From Gammaproteobacteria bacterium (GTDB taxonomy: Bacteria; Pseudomonadota; Gammaproteobacteria; Steroidobacterales; Woeseiaceae): 64,000 bases of DNA. Shown here one piece after another: positions 36,688 to 46,143 of the stretch. The position numbers and the translations under genes are program-made. Below the pieces are notes generated by a model that was not told where the DNA came from, made no database searches, and was given only the letters and a program-made list of their open reading frames with translations. The stretch covers positions 4,737-68,736 of the forward strand of contig JAHHOT010000072.1 of NCBI GenBank assembly GCA_018677555.1, in the 5' to 3' direction. Position 1 is the stretch's first letter. Every line of letters begins with the position of its first letter.

Positions 36688-38025
36688 TCAGGCCGCGATG
36701 ACGCGCGCTTTCAGCAGCTGTTGCACCGCCGCAGAGGCAACGATTTGGCCTTCGTTGACGTACGCCTCGTGATTCTCGGTGACTTTTTTTGGTTCGTACA
36801 CATAGTTCACCAGCATGCCGGCGGACTGCTGCAGTCCCTTGGCTGAGGGATTGCCCAGCCAGTTGATGCGCTCGAGTCGCGCCCCGTTTCGCAGGTGAAA
36901 GCGGGCAGCCGGATCGATCGGCTCGCCGTGTTTTTTAACGTTGAGCAGATAGTGCGCGCACAGTGTAAGCATAACTGGCTGCAGCTCCGCGCATAGCCCC
37001 TCGTCTTCGTGCCAGCCATCGTCGCTCAGCACCGCCAGTATCTTTCGTTCTGCTTCCGCCAACGGCAGCTCGCCCGGCGTAAATTTCAGGACGTCGTCAA
37101 GCCACGTTCTGAAACCCGGAATCGGTGACAACGTGGAAAACGTTTTGATGTGGTCGAGCTCGGCGGAGAGTTTGTCGGTGACGTGCTTGATCAGGAAGTC
37201 GCCGAAAGACACTCCCTTCAGGCCCGGCTGGCAGTTGTTGATGGAATAGAAGATTGCCGTGTCCGGGCGCTCATTCGACAGTTCGCAGGGGTTATCCTGC
37301 TGAAGGACGCAGGCAATCTTGTCCGTAAGCCCCTTCATCAGCGCGACCTCGACGAAAACGAGCGGCTCTTCGGGCAGTGCCGGGTGGAAGAACGCGAAGA
37401 ACCGGCGGTCTTTTTCGAGGCGGCGCCGCAGGTCGTCCCAACCCTGGATCTCGTGCACCACCTCGTAGGCAATAAGCTTTTCGAGGATAGCCGCGGGCGT
37501 GTTCCAGTCGATGCGTTCGAGGGTCAGAAATCCGCGATTAAACCAGAGCCGCAGCAGGTACACCATGTCGCTGTCGACCGGCAACAGGCGCGGATGCCTG
37601 GGCAGAAACCGGTTGAGGTCTTCGCGCATGGCGACGATAGCAGCTGTACCCTCGGGCGCCATGTTGATCGCACGCAACAGTGTCTGTCGCGGTGAGTCTG
37701 CCGCCTTGACCATCTTCATGTGCGTATCCGGCGTCGGGTTTGCCTGGTAGATCTCGATGGCCTCGCCCAGCACTTCCGGGTTCGGCAGGAATTCGTTCAG
37801 CAGGACCCTGAAGAAGGCAAGCTTGGCGTCGTCGTCGAGGCCTGCGTAGGTCTCGATGATCTCCACCGCCAGGGATATCGCCGAAGCCTCGGCGCGTATC
37901 TGCAGCAGCCGTTTGCACATGTCGGCAATATCACCGTTGTGCCCTGGTCGTGCTTTTCCGGAGAATGCCTGGCGGCTGGCCGAGGCGATGTTGGAAATGA
38001 GGTTTCGCAGTGATCCGGCTTTCAT
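36688..38025 (-). CDS. malonyl-CoA decarboxylase
   Basis: ORF 36688..38202. The MCD-family pattern includes AIFYSINNCQPGLKGVSFGDFLIKHV and NPSAKGLQQSAGMLVNYVY. I prefer ATG 38025 (MKAGSLRNLISN..., 445 aa); the longer N-terminus has no family-like sequence. Confidence 0.8.
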   Translation of the reverse strand: MKAGSLRNLISNIASASRQAFSGKARPGHNGDIADMCKRLLQIRAEASAISLAVEIIETYAGLDDDAKLAFFRVLLNEFLPNPEVLGEAIEIYQANPTPDTHMKMVKAADSPRQTLLRAINMAPEGTAAIVAMREDLNRFLPRHPRLLPVDSDMVYLLRLWFNRGFLTLERIDWNTPAAILEKLIAYEVVHEIQGWDDLRRRLEKDRRFFAFFHPALPEEPLVFVEVALMKGLTDKIACVLQQDNPCELSNERPDTAIFYSINNCQPGLKGVSFGDFLIKHVTDKLSAELDHIKTFSTLSPIPGFRTWLDDVLKFTPGELPLAEAERKILAVLSDDGWHEDEGLCAELQPVMLTLCAHYLLNVKKHGEPIDPAARFHLRNGARLERINWLGNPSAKGLQQSAGMLVNYVYEPKKVTENHEAYVNEGQIVASAAVQQLLKARVIAA

Positions 38026-38254
38026 CGCTGCAGCGTCGCGTCCGTTCGAATCTGAGCCTTGATTGTTCACCAAAACCCGCGCGGGAGCGAGGAACTCGCT
38101 CACATGCCCGGCCACGACTCGCGGCGCCGGACCGCGCACGCTTGGCAACGTTATGTTAACTAATAGGCTGCGCCGGATAGCCAGTGTCTTCACCACTGCC
38201 ATCGGCGCCGCTGATCCAATATCCTAGGAGCCCGGACATACACCAGGTGAGGTC

Positions 38255-38734
38255 ATGATCAAACGGCTGTTCGAGCAGGTAATGCAAACGCTTTCGGAGG
38301 GTGAATCGGCAGACTCCTCGCGCGGCGATCGCGAAGCGGCGCTGCGCATGGCCACCGCCGTGCTGATGATCGACGTCGCGCTGGCCGACAATCTCTTCGA
38401 CGAAGCGGAACTGGACCGGGTGCTCGATCTGATCGAGGCGAACTTCGGGCTCACCCCGCAGGAAGCGGCCGAACTCACCAACGCAGCTACCGAGAAAGCC
38501 GAAGAACTGGTATCGCTGCACGAGTTTACCCAGCTACTGCACCAGAACCTCAGCGAAGCCGAAAAAGCCCGAATCGTCGGCTTGTTGTGGCAAATCGCCT
38601 ACGCGGACGGCGAACTCGACAAATTCGAGGACGCGCTCGTGCTCAAGATCAGCGATCTGCTGTACGTCAGCCGCGGCCGGGTCATGCGCCTGAAACACGA
38701 TGCGGGTGTCGCCGCTAACGTGCCGGAAGCCTGA
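38255..38734 (+). CDS. TerB-family (tellurite-resistance TerB / DjlA N-domain-like) protein
   Basis: Paired acidic-helix pattern: AVLMIDVALADNLFDEAE... and LLWQIAYADGELDKFEDALVLKISDLL. Confidence 0.7.
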   Translation: MIKRLFEQVMQTLSEGESADSSRGDREAALRMATAVLMIDVALADNLFDEAELDRVLDLIEANFGLTPQEAAELTNAATEKAEELVSLHEFTQLLHQNLSEAEKARIVGLLWQIAYADGELDKFEDALVLKISDLLYVSRGRVMRLKHDAGVAANVPEA

Positions 38735-38930
38735 GCCACCTCGAACCCGCCGTCGTCACCTCAGGGTGCCGCGCCATTCAATTGAAACCTCCTTGTGCCG
38801 ATCGATGGAATTGAACGCGAGCGGACCCCGGCAAAACGCAACTTTCTGACCAAATGTACTAAACTCGACCGCAAGTCCGCGCTACGACGGACCGGGTACA
38901 TAAAGAATCAATCATCAGGGGAAACAGCAG

Positions 38931-40268
38931 ATGTCGGTCTACGAGCAGAACGCCAGCGACAAGCCCAGGCGTATTTTCCTTTCGTACAGCAGCGCCGATC
39001 GCCTGCGAACCTCGGGCCTGGCGTTGCTGCTGGAAGCAATGGGACACCAGGTGTTTCACGACCACCGCACGATAAAGCCGGGGATGCGCTGGGAGGCTGC
39101 GTTGCAGGACGGGCTCGACGATGCGAACGCGGTCATGGTGTTCTGGACGCGTCACGCGTCGAAGTCCGACTGGGTGCGAAAGGAGTACGAATATTTTCTG
39201 AGCCGCTACCCGGATCGGATACTGGTGCCCGTGCTCGGCGACGAAACACCGTTGACGGAAATGCTCAAGACGCGACAGCAGGCGGACTTCGTGCCCGTGG
39301 TCAACGAGGTGCTGGAAAAAAAGCGCGACATGAAAAAGGAAGGCGCAAGCGCCAGGGAGATCGAGGCGGCGGTCGCCGAAAGCCTCAGGAAAAACGGCGT
39401 CGAGATGAAATCGAAACACCAGCGGCGGATGTTGTTCCTGTTCCTGGGTTTCGGCTGGCTTCTTACATTACTGCGCTTCCCCTGGTCCTGGCTACAATCG
39501 TCCGGCGGCAAGGCGGTCGAGGCAACGGCGCAGGCGTCCGTTGGGCAGATCGCCGTGATAGCCGCCGCGGGCGTCATCGGCATGGGTGCTGCGGTACCGA
39601 CGGCGAAGTCGATGTTGGAGAAGCAGATGCCGTCGGACGTCATTGAGGCCGCCAAGGTCAATGAAGTGCTTCTGCGCGAGAACGATGAGCTCCGACAGAA
39701 CAATCTGGCGCTCAGGGCGATGGAAGGGAGTCTCGCGGCAATGCAGACAGCCATCAACAAACTCGGCAAGCAGGTGGACGAGCTCGAGTTGAAGGGTCCG
39801 TCTCAGGCCGCCTGCGTATCGCCCGAACAATTCAACAGCTGCCAGACCGGCATCCAGAACGCACGCACTGATCTCACCGGACAGTTGCGGAATCTGTCCG
39901 GGCGGCTCGACCTGATCGAACGCCAGACTGCGAGCGCCGGAGAAGTGGGCAAAGTGACGGCGGAGGTCGTTGAGTCCGGGATACAGGGTTTCGGCGACTG
40001 CGCGGCCAAACCACAACCCGAAGCCCAGCCTGAGCCGGATTACCCGCGGCGGGCGCGTATCGACGGTGTCGAAGGCAAGGTCCTCGTAGCGGCAGAAATC
40101 GATGCGGACGGCGGTGTTACCAATGTGACGGCGGACGGCGAGTCGCCGATACTCAACCAGGCGGCAATCGACGCCGTTCGGCGATGGACCTTCACGCGTT
40201 GCGAGGTCGATGGCGAGGCGGTGCCGGCAGCGTTCAAGGTAAGTATCGATTTCAGCCTCCACAACTAA
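38931..40268 (+). CDS. TIR domain - transmembrane - coiled coil - TonB C-terminal domain fusion protein
   Basis: aa 13-105 RIFLSYSSADR...VMVFWTRHASKSDWVRKEYEYF (TIR_2-like; SxWVxxE with Glu85 at nt 39183-39185). Hydrophobic aa 164-185 (MLFLFLGFGWLLTLLRFPWSWL) and Ala/Gly-rich aa 203-222. Leu/Gln-rich helical region. AKPQPEAQPEPD linker. aa 369-443 PDYPRRARIDGVEGKVLVAAEIDADGGVTNV...LNQAAIDAVRRWTF...VSIDFSL (TonB_C pattern). Confidence 0.75.
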   Translation: MSVYEQNASDKPRRIFLSYSSADRLRTSGLALLLEAMGHQVFHDHRTIKPGMRWEAALQDGLDDANAVMVFWTRHASKSDWVRKEYEYFLSRYPDRILVPVLGDETPLTEMLKTRQQADFVPVVNEVLEKKRDMKKEGASAREIEAAVAESLRKNGVEMKSKHQRRMLFLFLGFGWLLTLLRFPWSWLQSSGGKAVEATAQASVGQIAVIAAAGVIGMGAAVPTAKSMLEKQMPSDVIEAAKVNEVLLRENDELRQNNLALRAMEGSLAAMQTAINKLGKQVDELELKGPSQAACVSPEQFNSCQTGIQNARTDLTGQLRNLSGRLDLIERQTASAGEVGKVTAEVVESGIQGFGDCAAKPQPEAQPEPDYPRRARIDGVEGKVLVAAEIDADGGVTNVTADGESPILNQAAIDAVRRWTFTRCEVDGEAVPAAFKVSIDFSLHN

Positions 40269-40289
40269 CGGCTTAAAGTCCCAACAGCA

Positions 40290-41675
40290 ATGAAAAAGCG
40301 AATTCCGCTCATCGTTGCGGTCCTGGCACTGGCGGTGGTGATCGCGATCGGGCTCATTGACCGGTACTCGCCGCGTTACGATGCCGAATATATTGGTGCT
40401 GCTGCCTGTGGCGAGTGCCATACGCAAATCTACCCGGAATGGCAGCGCTCGCCGCACGCCAACATGTTGCGCAAGCCGGCGCCCAACTCTGTTGTCGGCG
40501 ACTTCGACAATGCGTCCTGGACCCTGCCGCCCGCTGCGCGTCGTTTGCCGGTGGATTCAGAGCCGGCGGCGCGCATGTACGCGCGAGAAGGCAGCTGGTA
40601 CATGGATTTGCGAGAACCGGCCAGCGATTCCTTCCGCACCTTCCGGATTGATTACGTCGTTGGCTACCAGTATCGCCAGGTTTACCTGACCCGCGAGGAC
40701 GGCGGAGTATTGCGTCGCCTGCCGCTGCAGTGGTCGGTGCCGCGCCAGGAATTTTTTCCGTACTGGAACCTGCAGGAGAAAAGCACACCGACCGTACCGG
40801 ACCTATGGGCGCAAATGACGTCGCAAAACTCCGCGTGGAACCTCTTTTGTGCGCGTTGCCACACGACCCATCTCGTCATCAACAGAAAAAATGCCAATCA
40901 CACCGTGGCTGACGTCGAGTGGGCCGACGACGGAATCGCTTGCGAAGCCTGCCACGGGCCGGGCAGCCTGCATGCAAAGTATTTCGAAAGCAATTACCTG
41001 AATCGAATCTCTCAATGGATCAACAGCAATTTGCGCGGTGATCCCGTTGCGTACATTGCGAGCGCCGGGAAACTGAACAAGGGCGAGGCGATGAGTGTGT
41101 GCGCCCGCTGCCATGGCGCGGACATCTACATGTCCGGCACTGACGTTTACCGCAGCTACGAGCCCGGCTATAGCCGAACAGGCCACACCAACGACCTGTC
41201 GGCGTACTTCGAGTCCGCTCCGCTGACACCGTCCCGCAACATCCCGACGCTGGAAACCTGGTCCGACGGGGAGCCGAAGGGCATCGGCATGCTGTTCCGC
41301 TCCCTCATCGAATCCGAGTGCTACCGGCAGGCGGAAGTTCGCTGTTACGACTGCCACAATCCGCACGACAACAAGCAGGCAGCGAAGCCGGGACTTTTGT
41401 TCCCTTCGGAAGCCAGCAACGATTACTGTCTTGGATGTCACGAAGATCTGCGCGAGCGCGTCGCAGAGCACACGCGGCACGAACCGGATTCGCCGGGCGC
41501 CTACTGCTACGATTGCCACATGCCGAAAATCATTACCAAGCTGGCGACCGGTGAACTTGAATTGACCCGGACACACCGCATGAGCCTGATCCCGGGCGCG
41601 CACGACGAATGGCAGCCCGGGAACGCACCGAATGCCTGCCTCTCCTGTCACGGTCTCGATGCGCCGGCGCTGTAA
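40290..41675 (+). CDS. membrane-anchored multihaem (8 x CXXCH) c-type cytochrome
   Basis: N-terminal anchor MKKRIPLIVAVLALAVVIAIGLI. Eight haem-binding motifs: CGECH, CARCH, CEACH, CARCH, CYDCH, CLGCH, CYDCH, CLSCH. The start lies 21 nt after the TIR-TonB_C gene. Confidence 0.85.
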   Translation: MKKRIPLIVAVLALAVVIAIGLIDRYSPRYDAEYIGAAACGECHTQIYPEWQRSPHANMLRKPAPNSVVGDFDNASWTLPPAARRLPVDSEPAARMYAREGSWYMDLREPASDSFRTFRIDYVVGYQYRQVYLTREDGGVLRRLPLQWSVPRQEFFPYWNLQEKSTPTVPDLWAQMTSQNSAWNLFCARCHTTHLVINRKNANHTVADVEWADDGIACEACHGPGSLHAKYFESNYLNRISQWINSNLRGDPVAYIASAGKLNKGEAMSVCARCHGADIYMSGTDVYRSYEPGYSRTGHTNDLSAYFESAPLTPSRNIPTLETWSDGEPKGIGMLFRSLIESECYRQAEVRCYDCHNPHDNKQAAKPGLLFPSEASNDYCLGCHEDLRERVAEHTRHEPDSPGAYCYDCHMPKIITKLATGELELTRTHRMSLIPGAHDEWQPGNAPNACLSCHGLDAPAL

Positions 41676-41708
41676 CGCGACGGCGCGGCAACAAACGGCA
41701 AATCGATT

Positions 41709-43253
41709 TTGAAGGCCCCGACATTTCTGCTGCTTGCCCTGGCGCCGCTCATCGGCAGTGCGCAGGCTGTGGTCGACATCGATGTCGTCGACGGGCCGGT
41801 CACGAACATACTGACCTCGGGTCAACCACTGTCACTGTCCATTCGCGTGCGCGGCGCCGGGCGCGATGCAGGCAAGGGACTGAGTTACGAATGGCGGGAC
41901 TTTCGCGGCAACGCGGTGAGCCCGGGAACGCCGTTGGGCAGCGGCACGACCGAGGTAACGGCACCGACGGCAAAACCCGGCTACCTCGGACTGGCATTCG
42001 TTGCCGACGATCCGGATGTGCGAATAAATCCCTCGACCGGCCTGCGCCAGGAACTCGGCTTCGTGTTCGTCCCATCGGCGAACCCGCCCGCGCGAGCGGC
42101 CGGTTCACCGTTCGGCATCGTGCATCCCGACCTCGATGACCCGAATATGCCCACCTGGGTCAAGACCCTGACGTGGAATACGACCAGCGCCCGATACTGG
42201 CCGGACGAAATCGCGAAACGGCGCGATGCCGGATATCACGAGCTGCCGCTGGTCTCCGGCAACGGGTGGGCCGGCGACGACAGCAGCAACATCGCAGACG
42301 CGCAACTCGATGAGCTCTCGTCACGTTTCGGCACCTATATCAGTGCGGATCCGAATGTGCGCTACTGGGAACTCGGTCGCGAGGAGAACCTCGGCAGGCG
42401 CTTCGAGCAAAGCGCATATTTTGACAACCTCGCGGCGAAGGCGGCAGCGCTGCGGCGGGCGGCTGTCGAGCGCGGAATTTCCGTGAAATTCATATATCAA
42501 ATCGGCGGCAGGAGCCTGACCGATGCCCGCAAATTCTTCGCCAGCGATGCAGCGGAGGAATTCGACATCGTGGCCCCGCATCCGTATTACTGGCCGGAAT
42601 TTCCGACACCCGAGAAATGGCTCGCCCGTTTCATCGGGGACCGCAGGGCCGCGATGCAGGAAAACGGCCTCGACATGCCAATGTGGTTCACCGAGATCGG
42701 CGCGCCACAGAATGATGCCAGGCTACCGACAATGTATTCCGGGCGGCATCCGGTGCCCGGGCACAGGCGCGAGGAAAACGCAGCCTATCTCGTCAAAACT
42801 CACGTAATAGCGCTGGCCAGCGGTGTCGAAAAAGTATTCTGGTACAACTACGTCGACAGGAAACCCGACATCTCCGATGTCGAGGAACATTTCGGCCTTA
42901 TCGACTACTGGGGATATCCGAAACCGGCCTATGCTGCCTACGTGACAACATTGCGCTGCATTGGTAACAAACGACCGGCGGCCCGGAGCACTGCAGCCGG
43001 GTTACATGTATACCGATTCAGCGCGGCCGGCGAACACTGCGTCGTACTGTGGTCGCACCCGGATGCCGCAGCCACCGTTTCGTTTCAGTCGATCATCGAA
43101 GGCGTTCCCGCAGCAAAGATCGACTCTATATCCGATACGGTCGGTGCACCAATGACTGCCGGTGACGCGCTTGAAATTGACGGATACCCGGTGTTTTTGC
43201 GAATGACCAGCGAGACAGCCGCGAAGGACTCAGTCAGCGATTCTCCAGACTGA
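41709..43253 (+). CDS. secreted TIM-barrel glycoside hydrolase-like protein (clan GH-A; GH39/GH5/PslG-like, subtype unresolved)
   Basis: TTG start per the ORF track. Signal peptide MKAPTFLLLALAPLIGSAQA. Candidate acid/base in YWELGREEN and nucleophile in MWFTEIGAP. FWYNY block, with beta-sandwich-like N- and C-terminal regions. Confidence 0.6.
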   Translation: MKAPTFLLLALAPLIGSAQAVVDIDVVDGPVTNILTSGQPLSLSIRVRGAGRDAGKGLSYEWRDFRGNAVSPGTPLGSGTTEVTAPTAKPGYLGLAFVADDPDVRINPSTGLRQELGFVFVPSANPPARAAGSPFGIVHPDLDDPNMPTWVKTLTWNTTSARYWPDEIAKRRDAGYHELPLVSGNGWAGDDSSNIADAQLDELSSRFGTYISADPNVRYWELGREENLGRRFEQSAYFDNLAAKAAALRRAAVERGISVKFIYQIGGRSLTDARKFFASDAAEEFDIVAPHPYYWPEFPTPEKWLARFIGDRRAAMQENGLDMPMWFTEIGAPQNDARLPTMYSGRHPVPGHRREENAAYLVKTHVIALASGVEKVFWYNYVDRKPDISDVEEHFGLIDYWGYPKPAYAAYVTTLRCIGNKRPAARSTAAGLHVYRFSAAGEHCVVLWSHPDAAATVSFQSIIEGVPAAKIDSISDTVGAPMTAGDALEIDGYPVFLRMTSETAAKDSVSDSPD

Positions 43254-43929
43254 TCGCCAGCTCGCCGAAGCTTGCTTCCAGGTAGTCGACGAGCGCATAG
43301 ATAAACAGAACGATACCGGCCATCTCCAGCACCTCCTCGATCGTCTGCAGCACCACATAGCGTACATTCGCACTACCGGATTCTTCGAACACATACCCGC
43401 CAAGCATCTCGAACCCTATCGCACCGGTAACGAACAACGACCCGGCGATGACAAAAAGAACCGCGGTACGCCGCGGAAGGCGCAGCAGGAATCTGAAATA
43501 AGCCGCAGCGAGAACCGCAAAAGCGATGCCGTAGGGAATTATCCAGGCGTAGTAAAAGAACCCGCTGGCGCCAAACATATCCCGCGTCGGTTCGATCATT
43601 CGCTCGTGTAACTGGATGCTTTCATCGAGCGCCAGGAAAACAAACACGACGGCCAGAAGATACCAGTACCATGACTGGCCTTGACCGGAGCGCCACGCGA
43701 CGATGCCGATGAATGCGAGCAAAAATGCACAAAACAGGATTGCGAAGGACGCATAGTAAGTCGGCGGGTTGTTTTCCGAACCCAGCGACAGAAAACTCAC
43801 GAGGCCGTACAGGCGGTCATCGCCGCTCGCGAAGCGCACCGCCTGCACGACGATATGGGCCAACGTGAGGGTCAATGCGACCACAGCAAATGCACCGGCG
43901 ACATAGCGTGCTTGCAACCTGAAAATCAT
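43234..43929 (-). CDS. polytopic membrane protein of unknown function
   Basis: ORF 43234..43974; I prefer ATG 43929, which forms an ATGA overlap with the upstream methyltransferase stop. About six hydrophobic segments. The 3' end overlaps the convergent hydrolase gene by 20 nt. Confidence 0.6.
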   Translation of the reverse strand: MIFRLQARYVAGAFAVVALTLTLAHIVVQAVRFASGDDRLYGLVSFLSLGSENNPPTYYASFAILFCAFLLAFIGIVAWRSGQGQSWYWYLLAVVFVFLALDESIQLHERMIEPTRDMFGASGFFYYAWIIPYGIAFAVLAAAYFRFLLRLPRRTAVLFVIAGSLFVTGAIGFEMLGGYVFEESGSANVRYVVLQTIEEVLEMAGIVLFIYALVDYLEASFGELAISLENR

Positions 43930-44711
43930 GCGGTTTCCTGCCGGGCCGATACAATATTTTGCGGCTTGACACACATGAATATGTTCTCGTCTCTCCTCAG
44001 GCCGTACTTTCGCACATCTTGTTCCGCAATGTCGTCCGCTGCATCCATCGTCACGCTGAATCCCGCCTGGGTAAGGCGCTCGACAAAATCCCTGCCGTAA
44101 AAACGAACATGGCTTCGCTCGCCGAAGAGCCGTTTTCTTTCCTCGGGGTCTGTCACTGACGGATCCTCCAGCGTCGGCTGATCCAGGCGGATGGGCACGC
44201 TCACGATGGCGTTGCCGCCGGGTTTGAGCACCCGGTAAAGCTCTGCAATGGCGCCGCGATCGTCGTGGACGTGTTCCAGTACGTGGATACAGAGCGCTGC
44301 ATCTACGCTATCCGACTGCAGGGGCAACGATGCCATGTCGCCGCGCGTCGTTACCTGCGGGCCCGCAGCCACCAGGTCGATACCGATGTATTCGAGCGTC
44401 GTTATGTGTCGGAACCGCCGGCCGAATGAATACCACGGTGCAATTTCGAGGAGACGCGCCGGACTGCGCAAGAGCCCGGTATTTTGTTCAATGAAACGCC
44501 AGATACGACGATGGCGCGCCTTCGCGTTGCAGCGTGGACAATAACCGGTATCGCTCGACCTCAGAATAGAGCCCTCGCCGGCAAACGCGCGCGCATTCCA
44601 TCCGCACACCGGGCACTGATAGCGCCGGCCGTAGAATAAAACGCCTCGCAGCAGCAGCGCCGCTTCCTTTAATGACACGGTTGTGGAAGATTTTGTAAGT
44701 TGCATTAGCAA
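43926..44711 (-). CDS. class I SAM-dependent methyltransferase with N-terminal Cys4 zinc ribbon
   Basis: CPVCGW...CPRCN zinc-ribbon pattern. Methyltransf_11-like LLEIAPW...GIDL... and LYRVLKPGGNAIVSVP. Confidence 0.75.
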   Translation of the reverse strand: MLMQLTKSSTTVSLKEAALLLRGVLFYGRRYQCPVCGWNARAFAGEGSILRSSDTGYCPRCNAKARHRRIWRFIEQNTGLLRSPARLLEIAPWYSFGRRFRHITTLEYIGIDLVAAGPQVTTRGDMASLPLQSDSVDAALCIHVLEHVHDDRGAIAELYRVLKPGGNAIVSVPIRLDQPTLEDPSVTDPEERKRLFGERSHVRFYGRDFVERLTQAGFSVTMDAADDIAEQDVRKYGLRRDENIFMCVKPQNIVSARQETA

Positions 44712-44874
44712 GGTTCAAACTGGCTTACAGGATTGCATCGGAGACCGCTTTATCAGCTTATGTTTAATCTATCTTCGGCGCAAAATACTTTCTCTGTAGA
44801 AAATTTTCGTGTTCGCGAATTTGAAATACCGTTAATTGTTGAACGTGATATCTTAGTCAAAAAAGCAGCAACCA

Positions 44875-46143
44875 GTGCAAGAAAAACGAAAAGAACATGC
44901 CGTCGTTATCGGCCTTGACACGATGCAGGGCCTGCAGACCGCGAGGATTTTGGCCAGCCACGACATTCCGGTGATCGGTGTCGCCGCCAATTCGCGCCAT
45001 CATGCCTGCCGCACGCGTGTGTGCGAAAGAATCGTAGTCACCGACACGAGCGCCGGGACGTTGATTGGCGAACTGCTCGCGCTTGGCCAGTCGCTCGAGA
45101 GCAAGGCAGTCCTGTTCCCCTGCCACGATCATTGCGTTTCCCTGATTTCACGGCGGCGCGAGGAATTGCAGGATCTCTTCCACATCATGCTGGCCGACGC
45201 CGCAGTCGTCGACATGTTGGCGGACAAAATCAGTTTTTACAGGTTCGTAAAAAACCTCTCCGTCAAGGTCCCGCAGACGCATATTCTGCGCCAGCCCTCG
45301 GACGCACTCGATATCGCGCCCCGGCTCGAGTACCCCTGCGTCATCAAGCCCGTCATCCGCACTCCACAATGGAATTCGCAGACGATGTCGAAAGCATTCC
45401 ATGTTGCGGACGCGCGTGAATTTCTTGCCGTCTACGAAAAGGTGCACGGCTGGACCACGGAACTGATGGTGCAGCAGTGGATTGTCGGTGACGATTCGCA
45501 TCTCTACTCTTGCAACGTCTACTTTGATCGTGACTCCAAACCCGTAACGAGCTTCACCGCCCGCAAGCTGCGGCAGTGGCCACCCCGCGTAGGGTCGAGC
45601 TGCTTCGGTGAAGAAGTTCGTAACGACGAAGTACGCGATGCGAGCCTGCGTATATTCAGGCAGGCAGGATATGTCGGGCTCGGTTACATCGAGATGAAGC
45701 AGGACCAGCGCAGCGGTGTACACTACGCCATCGAAGCCAATGTCGGTCGGCCGACCGGGCGATCGGCAATTGCCGAGGCCGGGGGTGTCGACATGCTGCT
45801 GGCGATGTACTGCGATGCTACGGGTCGTCCCATGCCCGAAGGCCTCGAACAAACCTATGCCGGGGTCAAGTGGATCGATCTTCGCCACGATGTGCAATCG
45901 GCAGTTTTTTATATTCGCAACGGCGAATTGACGGTTGGCAACTGGCTGCGCTCACTTCGTGGCCGCAAGGCGTATGCGGTATTCTCGTGGAGAGACCCGC
46001 TGCCGTTCCTGGCCGACCTGTGGAACGCGGCCCGCATTGCGATGTCGCGGGAAGAACGCAAGCGCCGCAATCACTCCCGAGCGGTTAAATCACAAGCGGC
46101 AGCAGCCGCGTTGCCCAGTGTAAGTGAAGAAAAGAAACTATGA
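44875..46143 (+). CDS. ATP-grasp domain protein (COG3919-like carboxylate-amine ligase)
   Basis: N-terminal HAVVIGLDTMQGLQTARILASHDIPVIGV, YPCVIKP, ELMVQQWIVGDD and IEMKQD...YAIEANVGR blocks typical of predicted ATP-grasp enzymes. GTG start. Confidence 0.7.
   Translation: MQEKRKEHAVVIGLDTMQGLQTARILASHDIPVIGVAANSRHHACRTRVCERIVVTDTSAGTLIGELLALGQSLESKAVLFPCHDHCVSLISRRREELQDLFHIMLADAAVVDMLADKISFYRFVKNLSVKVPQTHILRQPSDALDIAPRLEYPCVIKPVIRTPQWNSQTMSKAFHVADAREFLAVYEKVHGWTTELMVQQWIVGDDSHLYSCNVYFDRDSKPVTSFTARKLRQWPPRVGSSCFGEEVRNDEVRDASLRIFRQAGYVGLGYIEMKQDQRSGVHYAIEANVGRPTGRSAIAEAGGVDMLLAMYCDATGRPMPEGLEQTYAGVKWIDLRHDVQSAVFYIRNGELTVGNWLRSLRGRKAYAVFSWRDPLPFLADLWNAARIAMSREERKRRNHSRAVKSQAAAAALPSVSEEKKL

Noticed and set aside
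22029-40268. Thoeris-like pairing of the TIR protein with the LOG/SLOG-fold protein
   Set aside because: The two genes are about 16 kb apart and in different operons. The LOG gene is translationally coupled to a P-type ATPase instead, so there is no support for a functional TIR-SLOG pair.
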